DNA from: Deltaproteobacteria bacterium
GTDB taxonomy: Bacteria > Myxococcota_A > Polyangia > Fen-1088
Assembly (NCBI GenBank): GCA_033763315.1
Contig: JANRKS010000021.1
Span: 64,001-128,000, forward strand
DNA length: 64,000 nt
Direction: 5' to 3'
The notes beneath the pieces are model-generated. The model was not told the origin of the DNA. It made no database searches and saw only the letters and a program-made list of their open reading frames with translations. The translations under genes were made by a program, and so were the position numbers. Shown here one piece after another: positions 1-10,518 of this stretch. Positions within the stretch are counted from its first letter, which is position 1. Every line of letters starts with the position of its first letter.

Positions 1-574
1 CGGCCAGATAGCCCAAGGCACCTTCTCGCTCTTGCGAGATCGCGTTGAGCGTGACCCCTGACGCGGATGTCACCTGCTTATCAATCTCGGCAAAGTTGGG
101 AACCTTGCGCGCCCACTCGGTGGCAAACGCGCCGGCCAGCTGGCCCCCATCAGCCACGCACAGCTTCTGGTACAGCGCGATGAGCCCCGCCAACTCGATG
201 CGATGCTCTTCCTTCAAAGGCTGCGGCTCATGCGTGTTTGGGTTTTGCGTCTTTTCACCAAGCTGCAGCCTGGCGCGGCACGTGCGCACCGGGTGAAGAC
301 CGCGCGGATCAGCGCCGGGTGATTCGGCCACAAGCAACTTCACGTTGCGGCTGCCCACGTCAATCACACACGCACGCACCCCGGAGGGAACCCGCGGCAA
401 ATCCACTCCAACGCCGGGTCGGCATGAGGGCTCAACGGGTTTGACCACCACCACGGGAGGGGGCGTCACGGCGGGCGGCAAGGGTTTTGGTTGCGGTGCC
501 GTACGGCAGGCAGGCATCCAGAGGCACAAAGGCAGCGCGACCCCAACCCAACAACGCGCAAAAACCATCGTCAT
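1..574 (-). CDS. Ppx/GppA-family (ASKHA) phosphatase-like protein with N-terminal lipoprotein-like signal; runs off the left edge
   Basis: Manual translation from ATG 574: MTMVFARCWVGVALPLCLWMPAC, Pro-rich linker, then IDVGSRNVKLLVAE...RLQLGE...FATEWARKVPN...AISQEREGALGYLA, matching Ppx/GppA N-terminal motifs. Absent from the ORF track because no stop lies in the window. Confidence 0.75.
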   Translation of the reverse strand, partial: MTMVFARCWVGVALPLCLWMPACRTAPQPKPLPPAVTPPPVVVVKPVEPSCRPGVGVDLPRVPSGVRACVIDVGSRNVKLLVAESPGADPRGLHPVRTCRARLQLGEKTQNPNTHEPQPLKEEHRIELAGLIALYQKLCVADGGQLAGAFATEWARKVPNFAEIDKQVTSASGVTLNAISQEREGALGYLA

Positions 575-625
575 ATATAGCCGCGGTAAACTAACACGCG
601 CCGAATCGCTTATACTAGAGGCCTC

Positions 626-1309
626 ATGGTTAACTTCGTACGTGGCTTATCGGTTGTTGTTGTGAGCCTGGGTGTCGCGGCGGCCTTCGTGGCCTGCGAT
701 GACGACGACGGCAAGGGCACGAAAACCACAGGTGCGGATGCGGCGGCAGACGCAGCACCGGATGCCCCGCCCGACGCTGGTTTTGGCGGCACGTTTTCAA
801 CCAACGTCACACCAAGCAAGCCGCTGAACCAATTAACACCTCAAGAGGCACAGAAGGTGTGCGAAGCCACGACCACGTATGTTGGCAAGGGTCTGCAGGA
901 CGCCACCTTCACAGACCTTGTATGCCGCATTGCCGGTTTGGTGTCGGTGCTGAATGTGCCCGACGCCGAGGTGCAAGCCACGTGCACCAAGGCCTACAAC
1001 GCGTGCAAGGCCGCCCCCGCCCCGATGGAGCTGCCGACGGGTGCGTGTGGTGAAACACAGACCACACAGTGCACCGCCACCGTTGCCGAATACGAAGCGT
1101 GCGTCAATGAGTTGCCAAGCGATCTGAAGGCCATCAACGCCGTTGTGGCTTCCTGTGATCGAGCCACGAAGAACTCCGTTGTGGCCCTTGTGGCGATTCC
1201 AAGCTTACTTGGCCCGGCCTGCACAGCTTTGAACAAGAAGTGCCCCAGCGAGTTTAACGGGCTCACCAACCTGGGCGGCATGTTGCCCGGCGGCTTTGGC
1301 GGGCGCTGA
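626..1309 (+). CDS. Cys-rich hypothetical lipoprotein
   Basis: Hydrophobic signal ending FVAC-DDDD, DAAxDA linker, many spaced Cys. Confidence 0.75.
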   Translation: MVNFVRGLSVVVVSLGVAAAFVACDDDDGKGTKTTGADAAADAAPDAPPDAGFGGTFSTNVTPSKPLNQLTPQEAQKVCEATTTYVGKGLQDATFTDLVCRIAGLVSVLNVPDAEVQATCTKAYNACKAAPAPMELPTGACGETQTTQCTATVAEYEACVNELPSDLKAINAVVASCDRATKNSVVALVAIPSLLGPACTALNKKCPSEFNGLTNLGGMLPGGFGGR

Positions 1310-1314
1310 AGCGT

Positions 1315-3168
1315 TCACAGCGGGTGCTGCTTCATCAAGGCGATCAGATCGCTGCCGAAACGTTCGATGCGTGACGGCCCCAGGCCGGGGATGCGCGCCA
1401 ACGCTTGCAGCGTTGTGGGCCGCTGCTGTTCAAGGGCGGCTATCACCCGCTGTTGAAACACCATATAAGGCTTCCACTTGAGCTGGCGCGCCATGCGGCG
1501 TCGGTAGTTCTCAAGCACGCGCACACAGTCGTTGTATTTAGGAAATCGGCCCCGCGGCTTCGCTGTGCGAGGCGCGCCATCTGGCGGGGGCGCTGGTGCG
1601 CGAACCGCCCGCCCTGGCAGCCACACAGTGGGGTACTTGACGCCCTTTTTCGCCAACACGCCTTGCTCAAGCAACGCCTCAATGGCCGCCACGATGGACC
1701 GCTCTTCGTATTGCTTGAGCCTCCCGTGTTCGGGCAACTGCAACAGCGACAAGCGCGCCAACGGCCGCGCGCGGCTGCCACGCAGCGCGCGCGCCAAATT
1801 GGTTTTGCCCACGGGTTTGCGCAAATTTCCCACCGCATCGACAATCACCTGACGTAGTTCGTCCGGCAAAGGAGGGGCCGCCTCGCGCGTGATCGCTGTG
1901 AAAGTGCGGCTGGGCGCGGACGCCTGCACGGTGCCGAGACAAACGTCACAGCGGCCACAATCGGGCTGTTCAAAGCTGCCTGTAAAATGCGCGCACAACA
2001 CGGTTTGACGGCACGCTTGCCCACGCGCGTAGCTTTCAACTTGCGCCAACGCCTCTTCGCCCAGCAGGCCACCGCCGCCTTCCATCAAACGCCGCTGCGT
2101 CATCAAGTCTGCGGGGCCAAAGAACATCACACACGTGGCCGGCTCGCCATCGCGCCCCGCCCGGCCGGCTTCTTGGTAATAGGCCTCCAAACTTCCGGGC
2201 GCTTGAAAGTGCACAATCAAACGCACATCAGGGTAATCGATGCCCATACCGAAGGCGTTGGTGGCCACAAGCACACGCGTGCGGCCAACGCCGAACGCCG
2301 TTTGAGCGCGGTGCCGTGCCAGCTTCGTGCGGCCCGCATGATAATGCCCACACGAAAAGCCGGCGGCTTTGATGGCTTTGCTGACCGTCTCCGCCTTCTT
2401 GCGGGTGCTGCAGTAAACGATGGTGCGGCCTTTGCCCATATGCGCTTGCACCAACGCCACCAACGATTCAACACGCGCCGCATCGGTGCGCACGTGTTCC
2501 ACAGAGAAAGACAGGTTCGGGCGATCGAAGTTGCCGCGCACGACGAGCGGCTTCGTCATCGATAGCTGCGCGACGATTTCATCCATCACACGTGCGGTGG
2601 CGGTGGCGGTCAACGCAATGACGGGCGATTGCACCACCTGCCGAAGCTCACCGATGCGCAGATACTCAGGCCGAAAATCGTGCCCCCACTGGCTCAGGCA
2701 ATGCGCTTCATCAATGGCAAGCAATGCGATTGGCACACGTGTGAGCCAACGGCGAAAGCCGTCCAAAGCCGCACGCTCCGGCGAAACGTAAAGCAGATCC
2801 AACTCGCCACGCAAAAACCGCGACGCCACGTCTTTGCGTTGATCGTCGTCTTGATGGCTGTTCAGTGCGGCAGCCGCAACGCCCAACGCTTGCAAACTGG
2901 CCACCTGATCTTGCATCAATGCGATAAGCGGCGAGATCACGATCGTGGTGCCTTTACCCTGCTGGCGCAACACCATCGCCGGCACCTGGTAGCACAACGA
3001 TTTGCCACCACCTGTGGGCAACAAGACGGCCACGTCGCGGCCTTGCAGCACCGCTTGCACAGCGTCTTGCTGCCCGGGACGAAAGCCAGGAAGGCCAAAA
3101 ACGGAGCGCAGAATCGTGTGGGCGGCGGTGGGTGGGCTGGGGTGCAACGGAGCCAAGGTGCTCCGCAT
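1315..3168 (-). CDS. recQ: ATP-dependent DNA helicase RecQ
   Basis: PTGGGKSLCYQ, DEAHCLSQWGHDFRPEY, YYQEAGRAGRDG, Zn-binding C..CGRCDVC, C-terminal HRDC-like domain. Start at ATG 3168 chosen; ORF is open to 3207. Confidence 0.93.
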   Translation of the reverse strand: MRSTLAPLHPSPPTAAHTILRSVFGLPGFRPGQQDAVQAVLQGRDVAVLLPTGGGKSLCYQVPAMVLRQQGKGTTIVISPLIALMQDQVASLQALGVAAAALNSHQDDDQRKDVASRFLRGELDLLYVSPERAALDGFRRWLTRVPIALLAIDEAHCLSQWGHDFRPEYLRIGELRQVVQSPVIALTATATARVMDEIVAQLSMTKPLVVRGNFDRPNLSFSVEHVRTDAARVESLVALVQAHMGKGRTIVYCSTRKKAETVSKAIKAAGFSCGHYHAGRTKLARHRAQTAFGVGRTRVLVATNAFGMGIDYPDVRLIVHFQAPGSLEAYYQEAGRAGRDGEPATCVMFFGPADLMTQRRLMEGGGGLLGEEALAQVESYARGQACRQTVLCAHFTGSFEQPDCGRCDVCLGTVQASAPSRTFTAITREAAPPLPDELRQVIVDAVGNLRKPVGKTNLARALRGSRARPLARLSLLQLPEHGRLKQYEERSIVAAIEALLEQGVLAKKGVKYPTVWLPGRAVRAPAPPPDGAPRTAKPRGRFPKYNDCVRVLENYRRRMARQLKWKPYMVFQQRVIAALEQQRPTTLQALARIPGLGPSRIERFGSDLIALMKQHPL

Positions 3169-3229
3169 TTTAGGCAGAATTGCCAACGAATGCAGGAAAA
3201 CCCACAAGCAAGACTACAATAAGAGGGCC

Positions 3230-4183
3230 TTGCGGTTTCGCTTGCCCTGCCTCATCGCCTGTTTGTTGACGGCCCTTGCGGCGTGTGGCCGCGTGGGCTT
3301 CGAGACTGTGGTCCAGCACGGTGTTGATGCGGGACTCGACGCAGGCAGCTTTGGTGGCGTGGACGGTGGTATCTCGACGGGTGGAGGGGCGGCACAAGGC
3401 GGCAGTGGCGATGTGGTGGACGCCAACGAGAACGACAGCGGCGCGATGGGTTCTCCCGACGCGCCCGCCTTTGTGGATGGCCCCGCCGCGCAAGATGCAA
3501 ATCCCAAGTTGGATGCGGCCGTCAAGTTAGATGCAGCGGTGAAACTCGATGCCAACGCCCCGCCCGGATTGCCCGATTGCGTGCAAGTGCAAAAGGACTG
3601 GCGCACCAGCTTTGACAGCGATCCGACCAAAGCTGATCTCAACAAGGATGGAATCAAAGACTGGTCGGCCGCGCGCGGTTCGTTCGCTGCGAGCCAGATC
3701 AAAGACGGCCAATGGCAGCCTTCGGCCGAGGTCGCGCTCTTGGACACAGCGCCACTTTCGAATTTCTCAACGCGAACCCTGTTGTCTGTGAATATGCAAC
3801 ACGTGGCGTTTCTTTACCCGCAAACGAACGGTCTGGGTGGCGCCTTGGCTTGGATGAACCTCGACAATGAAACCAGCAACGGCATTGCTGTGTATGTGCG
3901 CTTGGTGCGCGTCAGCCCGACGCAGCAAACGCTCTACCTATCGGCAAATGGAACCAACGCGCCGCTGGCCACCTTTGACCTTGATGGCGGGATGCAGGAA
4001 ATGACGTTAGAGGCCAATCCGCGAACGTCGAAGGCGCGGCTTTGGGTAGGGAACACGTACAAGGGCGAGTGGACTTTGCCCCGCATCGGGTATGGTCCAA
4101 ACAGTGACGCCTACGCCACGTTCGGCACGTTCTTTGGCTCTGCGGTGATTGACGACGCCTATATCGAACAATGCGCCCCATAA
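3230..4183 (+). CDS. hypothetical lipoprotein, low-complexity linker plus beta-rich domain
   Basis: TTG start after AAGAGGG, lipobox LAAC-GRVGF, three KLDA(AV) repeats. Start uncertain. Confidence 0.65.
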   Translation: MRFRLPCLIACLLTALAACGRVGFETVVQHGVDAGLDAGSFGGVDGGISTGGGAAQGGSGDVVDANENDSGAMGSPDAPAFVDGPAAQDANPKLDAAVKLDAAVKLDANAPPGLPDCVQVQKDWRTSFDSDPTKADLNKDGIKDWSAARGSFAASQIKDGQWQPSAEVALLDTAPLSNFSTRTLLSVNMQHVAFLYPQTNGLGGALAWMNLDNETSNGIAVYVRLVRVSPTQQTLYLSANGTNAPLATFDLDGGMQEMTLEANPRTSKARLWVGNTYKGEWTLPRIGYGPNSDAYATFGTFFGSAVIDDAYIEQCAP

Positions 4184-4232
4184 AACCCTAAGTTCCTGTT
4201 GCGTTTCGCAGGAAACTGTGGGAGCCAAGCGT

Positions 4233-5555
4233 GTGTCTTTTGCGAACTTAGATCTGATATCTCCTCTTCTTAAAGCTGTTGATGACGCGGGGTATTCAAA
4301 CCCCACCCCGATTCAAGCCCAAGCGATCCCCCCCGCCCTCAAGGGCCAGGACGTTCTTGGCTGCGCCCAGACGGGCACCGGCAAAACCGCAGCGTTTGTG
4401 CTGCCCATTCTCCAACGAATTGACGCAGTGGCTGGCGATGCCCCGAAGATGCGTGCGTTGGTGTTGACCCCCACGCGGGAACTCGCCGCACAAATCGGCG
4501 ACAGCTTGGCCACCTACGGCAAGCACCTCGACCTTTATCACAGCGTGATCTTCGGCGGCGTCAGCGAAAAGGCGCAGATCGAAGAACTGCGCAAAGGCGT
4601 GGACATTCTTGTGGCAACGCCAGGCCGCTTGCTTGATCTGATGCAACGCAAGTTCGTGCGCCTATCCGATCTTGAGGTATTCGTCTTGGATGAAGCCGAT
4701 CGCATGCTGGACATGGGCTTTTTGCCCGACGTTCGCCGCATCATCGCGGCGTTGCCAAAGAAACGGCAAACGCTGTTCTTCTCGGCGACGATGCCACCTG
4801 AAATTGGACGTTTGGCCGCTGGCCTCTTGACCGATCCCGCGCAGGTCACGGTAACGCCCGTGTCTTCAACGGTTGAAACCGTGGGGCAGAAGGTGTTGTT
4901 CACCGACAAGCCAAACAAAACGCGTCTGTTGATTCACTTGTTGAACGATCCCTTGTTCAAACGCACGATCGTTTTTAGCCGCACAAAACATGGCGCCAAC
5001 CGCGTGGTGGGTTTCCTTGAAAAGGCGGGCATCAAGGCGGCTGCCATTCACGGCAACAAATCGCAGGGCGCGCGCACGCGTGCGCTTGAAGGTTTCCGCG
5101 CCGGCAGCATCTCCGTCTTGGTGGCCACCGACATCGCCGCGCGTGGCATCGATGTGGATGGCGTCTCGCACGTGGTGAATTTCGACATTCCAAATGAGCC
5201 CGAGACGTACGTTCACCGGATTGGCCGCACGGGCCGCGCCGGCGCTTCGGGCCAAGCGGTTTCATTGTGCGATGGCGAAGAGCGCGCGTTTCTGCGCGAC
5301 ATCGAACGCCTCATCAAGCTGAAGATCCCCGTGCATGAAGCGCATCCTTACCCGCCCAACACGCCCGCTCCGGCCGATGGCGATCTGGATCGCGATCGAG
5401 AGCCACGGCCACCTCGAGGGCCGGGCGGCGGACGCGGCGGACGGCCAGGCGGCTCACGCCACTCTCATGATCGGCCCCGCTCGCACGGACCGCGAACGTC
5501 ATCAGGTGGTCGCAGTGGCGCCAGCGGGCGTCCCGGCGGCGGCCCACGTCCTTAG
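4233..5555 (+). CDS. rhlE: DEAD-box RNA helicase (RhlE-like)
   Basis: Q motif [38 protein letters not shown]-rich tail; GTG start with GGAG RBS. Confidence 0.9.
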   Translation: MSFANLDLISPLLKAVDDAGYSNPTPIQAQAIPPALKGQDVLGCAQTGTGKTAAFVLPILQRIDAVAGDAPKMRALVLTPTRELAAQIGDSLATYGKHLDLYHSVIFGGVSEKAQIEELRKGVDILVATPGRLLDLMQRKFVRLSDLEVFVLDEADRMLDMGFLPDVRRIIAALPKKRQTLFFSATMPPEIGRLAAGLLTDPAQVTVTPVSSTVETVGQKVLFTDKPNKTRLLIHLLNDPLFKRTIVFSRTKHGANRVVGFLEKAGIKAAAIHGNKSQGARTRALEGFRAGSISVLVATDIAARGIDVDGVSHVVNFDIPNEPETYVHRIGRTGRAGASGQAVSLCDGEERAFLRDIERLIKLKIPVHEAHPYPPNTPAPADGDLDRDREPRPPRGPGGGRGGRPGGSRHSHDRPRSHGPRTSSGGRSGASGRPGGGPRP

Positions 5556-5592
5556 CGCCACACCACAGCGGTTGATGTAGTATCCGACCGCT

Positions 5593-7128
5593 GTGTGGCA
5601 GTGGAAAGAATTCTCGTTCGCGTTTGGAGCTAAGACCACCACAAGTGCCGTGCTGGCCCTGGCCGCCGGCACCGCTTTGCTGGTGGTGTTGCTGGTGGTG
5701 CGCATGCGCCAAGACGAAGAGGAGCGGCGGCGCTCTTTGGCGCAACTTGTGTTTGCCGTACTCGCCACGTCGCTGAGCCTCGTGCGCGTCATCATGTTGC
5801 CATTGGGCTTCGGCGATCGCTTTGTGCACCGAACCTTAGGTGTGGTGGACACGGTTTGTTTGGGCTTGGCGATCACACTCACGCTGATTCATCTGTTCCT
5901 TGATGTGATCCCCAGCCGCTTTCACAAGCGCGTTCCACCTATCATCGCCGAGGTGGTGGCTATGGTGGCGCTGGTCATCATCGTGCTTGGGGCCCTGGGC
6001 GATTCGGTGGCAAAGAACGTTTCGTCCCTGGTGGCCACGTCCGCCGTGCTTACGGCCGTTTTAGGCTTGGCGCTGCAAAGCACGCTGTCGAATTTGTTTG
6101 CGGGCTTGGCCCTGCAAATGGATCGCGCTTTTTCGTCTGGCGATTGGATCCAAGTGGGCAGCCGCGAGGGGCGCATCATGGAAGTGCGGTGGCGTTCAAC
6201 CGCGTTGCGCACGAAAGACGGCGACTTGGTGCTGCTGCCCAATTCCAAGATGGTGAACGAAGAAGTTCACAATTTTTCCCGCCCGCTAGAACGGCGGCGC
6301 GTGTGGCTCAAAGTTAGTTTTCATTACCGCCATCCGCCAAACGAAGTCAAAGCCATCATCACCGATTGCCTCCGTGGCGTTCCGGGCGTGATGAGCGACC
6401 CGGCGCCCGATTGCTTCCCCCGCGAGTTCGGCGAAAGCGCCATCACGTATGCCGTGCGCTTGTGGGTGGATAAGTTTGAGCGCACTTCGGAAATTGAAGG
6501 CGAGGCACTGACGCGCATCTGGTACGCCGCCAAGCGCGCCAACCTTGAGATCCCCTTCCCCACTCGCACGTTGTTGATGAGCAGCGACGATGGCAGCAAG
6601 CGCGACCTCGAAGCCAAAGCCGAGCGCGCGAGGCGCATCGAGGTGTTGTCACGGATGGATCTGTTTGAGTCATTGCAACCCAATGACAAAGAGCTGCTGG
6701 CCGATGGCATGCGCCACGCGACCTTTGCGGCAGGGCAAGCGATCATCGAGCAAGGCGCGCCAGGGGCCTCGATGTACATCGTGACCAAAGGCCAAGTGCG
6801 CGTGTCCCTGGCGCGTGGCAATGCCAGCCGCGATTTGGCGACGCTGGGCGTGGGCGATTTCTTCGGCGAGATGTCGATGCTTACGGGTGAGCCACGTGCC
6901 GCCACGTGCTGGGCGGTGGGCGATGTTGATTGTTACGTGGTGGATCACGACGCCATGGGCCGCGTGTTAAGCGCCAGCCCCAATATCGCGGATGAGTTGG
7001 CGGTGGTGTTGCTTGACCGGCAAACCGAGGTGAAGAAGGAAGCCGCTGATTTGTCGCGTGAAATGCGCCAAGAAGCCCGCGTGGGGCTGGTGACGCGCAT
7101 CCGGAACTTCTTCGACCTCAAGAGCTAG
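5593..7128 (+). CDS. MscS-family mechanosensitive channel with C-terminal cyclic-nucleotide-binding domain
   Basis: TM helices, GLALQSTLSNLFAG, GDWI..G; cNMP-binding motif FFGEMSMLTGEPRAAT. Confidence 0.9.
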   Translation: MWQWKEFSFAFGAKTTTSAVLALAAGTALLVVLLVVRMRQDEEERRRSLAQLVFAVLATSLSLVRVIMLPLGFGDRFVHRTLGVVDTVCLGLAITLTLIHLFLDVIPSRFHKRVPPIIAEVVAMVALVIIVLGALGDSVAKNVSSLVATSAVLTAVLGLALQSTLSNLFAGLALQMDRAFSSGDWIQVGSREGRIMEVRWRSTALRTKDGDLVLLPNSKMVNEEVHNFSRPLERRRVWLKVSFHYRHPPNEVKAIITDCLRGVPGVMSDPAPDCFPREFGESAITYAVRLWVDKFERTSEIEGEALTRIWYAAKRANLEIPFPTRTLLMSSDDGSKRDLEAKAERARRIEVLSRMDLFESLQPNDKELLADGMRHATFAAGQAIIEQGAPGASMYIVTKGQVRVSLARGNASRDLATLGVGDFFGEMSMLTGEPRAATCWAVGDVDCYVVDHDAMGRVLSASPNIADELAVVLLDRQTEVKKEAADLSREMRQEARVGLVTRIRNFFDLKS

Positions 7129-7202
7129 GGGCGCCCCGGACGCTTGGCTTTCGTGGCGATCTGTGGCAAACGTTGCCCTTCATCACTCCAAAGGATTGAA
7201 GC

Positions 7203-7886
7203 ATGTTTAAGAAAATCGCGATCGTTCTTGTGGTTCTGCTGGGTGGGTTCCTCGCGTTTGCCGCCACGCGGCCCGAGACGTATCACGTTGAGCGATCAGC
7301 CTCGATTGGCGCCCCCGCTGACGTTGTTTACAGCAACGTCGACAACTTCAAGACGTGGAGCGTCTGGTCGCCGTGGGAAAAGATGGATCCGCAAATGCAA
7401 AAGACCTTCTCGGGCCCTGAGCGCGGCGTGGGCGCGGCCTACGCGTGGCAGGGCAACAAGAAGGTGGGCAAAGGCAGCATGACCATCACCGCCGTTGAGC
7501 CCGCCAAGAGCGCCACGTATCGTTTGGAGTTCATTGAACCGTTTGCAGCCGTGGCCACAACTTTGTTCACCATTGCACCCGAAGGCGACAACGCAAGCAA
7601 GATCACGTGGGCCATGGACGGCCACAACAATTTCGCAGGCAAGATCTTCAGCGTGTTCATGAATATGGATCAAGCCATCGGCACCGACTTCGAGAAGGGC
7701 CTGGCGGCTTTGAAGATCCTCGCGGAAGACCAAGCCAAGCGCCAAGCCGAAGCGGCCGCGGCAGCGAAAGCCAAAGCCGAAGCGGAAGCCGCGGAGAAAG
7801 CCAAAGCCGAGGCCGACGCGGCCGAGAAGGCAAAGGCAGAGGAAGAAGCGGCGGCGGCAGCGGCGAAGGGCAAGCGCAAGCGCTAG
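7203..7886 (+). CDS. SRPBCC/START-like (polyketide cyclase/dehydrase family) protein with Ala/Glu/Lys-rich tail
   Basis: N-terminal anchor, VERSASI.AP, WSPWEKMDP, GVGA.YAWQGN, DFEKGLAALK. Confidence 0.85.
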   Translation: MFKKIAIVLVVLLGGFLAFAATRPETYHVERSASIGAPADVVYSNVDNFKTWSVWSPWEKMDPQMQKTFSGPERGVGAAYAWQGNKKVGKGSMTITAVEPAKSATYRLEFIEPFAAVATTLFTIAPEGDNASKITWAMDGHNNFAGKIFSVFMNMDQAIGTDFEKGLAALKILAEDQAKRQAEAAAAAKAKAEAEAAEKAKAEADAAEKAKAEEEAAAAAAKGKRKR

Positions 7887-10384
7887 GACGTCTTCCTCAC
7901 AAGCAGACTGCCCATGCGTGAAGTCGCCAGGCCTAGGACCGCCGGAAGCAGAAGCAAAGCGCCGATAAGGCAGGTGAACTCACCCACCACGGCCAGGCGT
8001 CCGAAGGACCGCAGAGCCTGGTTGTCCGACAGCAACAAGGAGCCGTAGCCGACGATCGTTGTGTAGCTGCACAGAGCTACGGCCCCGCCCGAACGTGCCA
8101 GGGCTTGCGCGATGTCGCCGCCCAACAGCCTCACGCGATCGTAGATATTGAACGGATACTCACAGCCAATGCCAAAGGTGATGGGCAACGCCACGAAGTT
8201 CAAAAAGTTGAGGCGTTCGTGCGTCCACGCGGAGACGCCCAACATCCACACCACGGCTGTCAGCAGCACGAACAACACTGACAAGGCGCCAACAAAGTTG
8301 TGCGTGGCCACCAGCAGCACAACCACCACGGCCGCCAACGAAACGAAGCTGGCCAACGGCCCGTCGCGACGCAACGACCGAAAGATCTCAGCGAACACGC
8401 CGGCGCGGCTGGCGGTTTGAACCGTCGTTCCGTCGGCAAGCCTTACATTGTTCGTGACGGCATCGATTCGAAGCAGGTTGCGTCCATCCGACAATGAAAC
8501 CTCGGGCCGCGTCTGCACGTAGAACACAGTTCCCAAAGTTCCATTGCGCTCGGTGAACAAGCGCAAAAGGTCAGGCGGAAGGTCCGCTTCTGCGACTGGC
8601 TTAAGGTCAGATGGTGGCATCATTGAACGGATCTCCGCCTGCAGCTCGGGAGGGAGGCCGTCCATGATGTGTGGCTTCAAACGCCGCTGCAAACGCTGCA
8701 ACACCCGCAACTTCTGAGCCTGTTCGGCAGGCGTGCCCGGGAGCACGTCGGCCAACGTGAACACACGGTCGATCATGTGAACGCCAGGCAGAGTGTTGTC
8801 TCTTTGCATGATGGCGTGTGCAATCGCTGGCACCTGCTCGCGGCTATCGGCCACCAACAACGCACCGGCCAAGCGCGCTTTGCCACCAAAGACCTGCTCG
8901 GCCAGCTGCGACCAATGCCCGGCACCCGCCGCTTTGTTGTGCCGTGAGCCGAGCCGGGCGAAATTGTATTCCCACGGATCCTGCAGCCAGTGAAAAAGCG
9001 GGAGCGCCAAGATGGCTGTCACCACCAGCGCCATCACCGCTACTGCTTTGGCATGAGCCCGCAACCACACGCCCATCGATGCGAACCGGGCCGAGCCAGG
9101 CAACGGCTGCGTCCGATCCAGCCACACGTGGCCCCATGCCACCAGCGCTGGCACCAAAGGGATCGACACCAACCACACGCTGATCATCCCCACAAAGCCA
9201 ATGGCGCCAAATTGGTTGAAGCCACGGAAGGCTGTGACGGTAAGGGAACCGTAGGCGATCGCGGCAACCGCCGCCCCCACAAGCTCTGCGCGGAAGGCGT
9301 TTTTTACCGCGAGCCGCAGTGCCTCGGCCACCGACATGTGACGGCTGCGAAAGTCTTGGTATCGGGCCAAGAGCACCATCGGGTAATTGATCCCGTTGCC
9401 CATGATGATCGCGCCCAAAAAGGCACCAGCCGTGTTCACATACCCGAAGACAGCGGTGGCGAACGCATAAGCCACTCCGGTGCCGAGTGCCACGGGCATC
9501 AAAACGATCACGACGGAAAACAGGGAACGGAAAAACAGCACAAGACCCAACAGAACCAAAAACACGGCGGTAGCCGTCGCCCAAATTGCGTCGTGCGAAA
9601 CGGAGTGTTTCTCCGCAATGGCGTTCGGAATGTCGCCAGCGAAGCCCACCGCAAGGTGGCCCACGGCAGCTCCTTGCACGTGCGCTGTGATCTGTTGCAC
9701 CTCGCGAAACAGGCTTTCACCACCATCGCCCACGCCACCAAAAGCGGTGATGATCCGCAGGCCCACAACGCGACCTCCGTCGCTTTCGTAGCGGCCGTTT
9801 GGGAACGGATCTAGCTTTGCTAGCGCGGCGTCCGCCTGCGCGCGACGCCGCCGCAATTCAGCGATGATCTCAGCGGTGCTCCTCGGCTTTGAATCATCCT
9901 TCGTTTGCAAATCCTCAACCAAGCCCGACTTGATGGCGATGGCGCGCCCGACCTCTGCGTCGGCGTCTTCAATCGTTGGCAACGGCGCGTACAGCCACTT
10001 GTGCTTGCCAAAGAACTCGTGCGCCGCCAAATTGTTGGCGTCGATTACCTGAATGCCACCCCGCAGATCTTTCTGTCGCTTGTGCAGCTCGGCAGCAAGG
10101 TCATCTATGAACTTGGCGTTGGCAACTGTGTCTTGTGAGCGGGCCAACACCAGGATCGTGGCGCCCGTTGGGGCGCGTGTGGCTTGCTTCTCATACGCTT
10201 GATATTCTGCGCTTTCGCGCGGCAACAGCTCTTTGAGGTCGGACCGCAGCCGCAGCTGCGTGGCGTAGCCCCACAACGCGGCCGTGGCGACCAGCGCCAG
10301 AAACACGGTGGTTCTGCAGCGGGTCCTGGTTACATTTACCAAAGCGTCAACGGCGCCAAAGAACCCGGAAGCGAGGGTAGGCAT
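7883..10384 (-). CDS. MMPL/RND-family lipid exporter (HpnN-like)
   Basis: Two repeats of periplasmic loop plus TM bundle; IIMGNGINY and PITFGIGCEY motifs. Confidence 0.88.
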   Translation of the reverse strand: MPTLASGFFGAVDALVNVTRTRCRTTVFLALVATAALWGYATQLRLRSDLKELLPRESAEYQAYEKQATRAPTGATILVLARSQDTVANAKFIDDLAAELHKRQKDLRGGIQVIDANNLAAHEFFGKHKWLYAPLPTIEDADAEVGRAIAIKSGLVEDLQTKDDSKPRSTAEIIAELRRRRAQADAALAKLDPFPNGRYESDGGRVVGLRIITAFGGVGDGGESLFREVQQITAHVQGAAVGHLAVGFAGDIPNAIAEKHSVSHDAIWATATAVFLVLLGLVLFFRSLFSVVIVLMPVALGTGVAYAFATAVFGYVNTAGAFLGAIIMGNGINYPMVLLARYQDFRSRHMSVAEALRLAVKNAFRAELVGAAVAAIAYGSLTVTAFRGFNQFGAIGFVGMISVWLVSIPLVPALVAWGHVWLDRTQPLPGSARFASMGVWLRAHAKAVAVMALVVTAILALPLFHWLQDPWEYNFARLGSRHNKAAGAGHWSQLAEQVFGGKARLAGALLVADSREQVPAIAHAIMQRDNTLPGVHMIDRVFTLADVLPGTPAEQAQKLRVLQRLQRRLKPHIMDGLPPELQAEIRSMMPPSDLKPVAEADLPPDLLRLFTERNGTLGTVFYVQTRPEVSLSDGRNLLRIDAVTNNVRLADGTTVQTASRAGVFAEIFRSLRRDGPLASFVSLAAVVVVLLVATHNFVGALSVLFVLLTAVVWMLGVSAWTHERLNFLNFVALPITFGIGCEYPFNIYDRVRLLGGDIAQALARSGGAVALCSYTTIVGYGSLLLSDNQALRSFGRLAVVGEFTCLIGALLLLPAVLGLATSRMGSLLVRKTS

Positions 10385-10518
10385 ACGTCTGCCCGTTTAT
10401 CGCGCGGGCTTTGGCCGTCAACCATTCACTTGGCAAACCTTGCGTGGCAAATGTGACGACTTTGCGGCAGCGCTTTGACATGCGCACGGGGCTCACAACG
10501 ATGTGCCAGGATGCGCGG

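Noticed and set aside
7740-7880. Ala/Glu/Lys-rich repeats in the SRPBCC tail (similarly KLDAAV repeats near 3506-3553)
   Set aside because: Ordinary low-complexity linkers.
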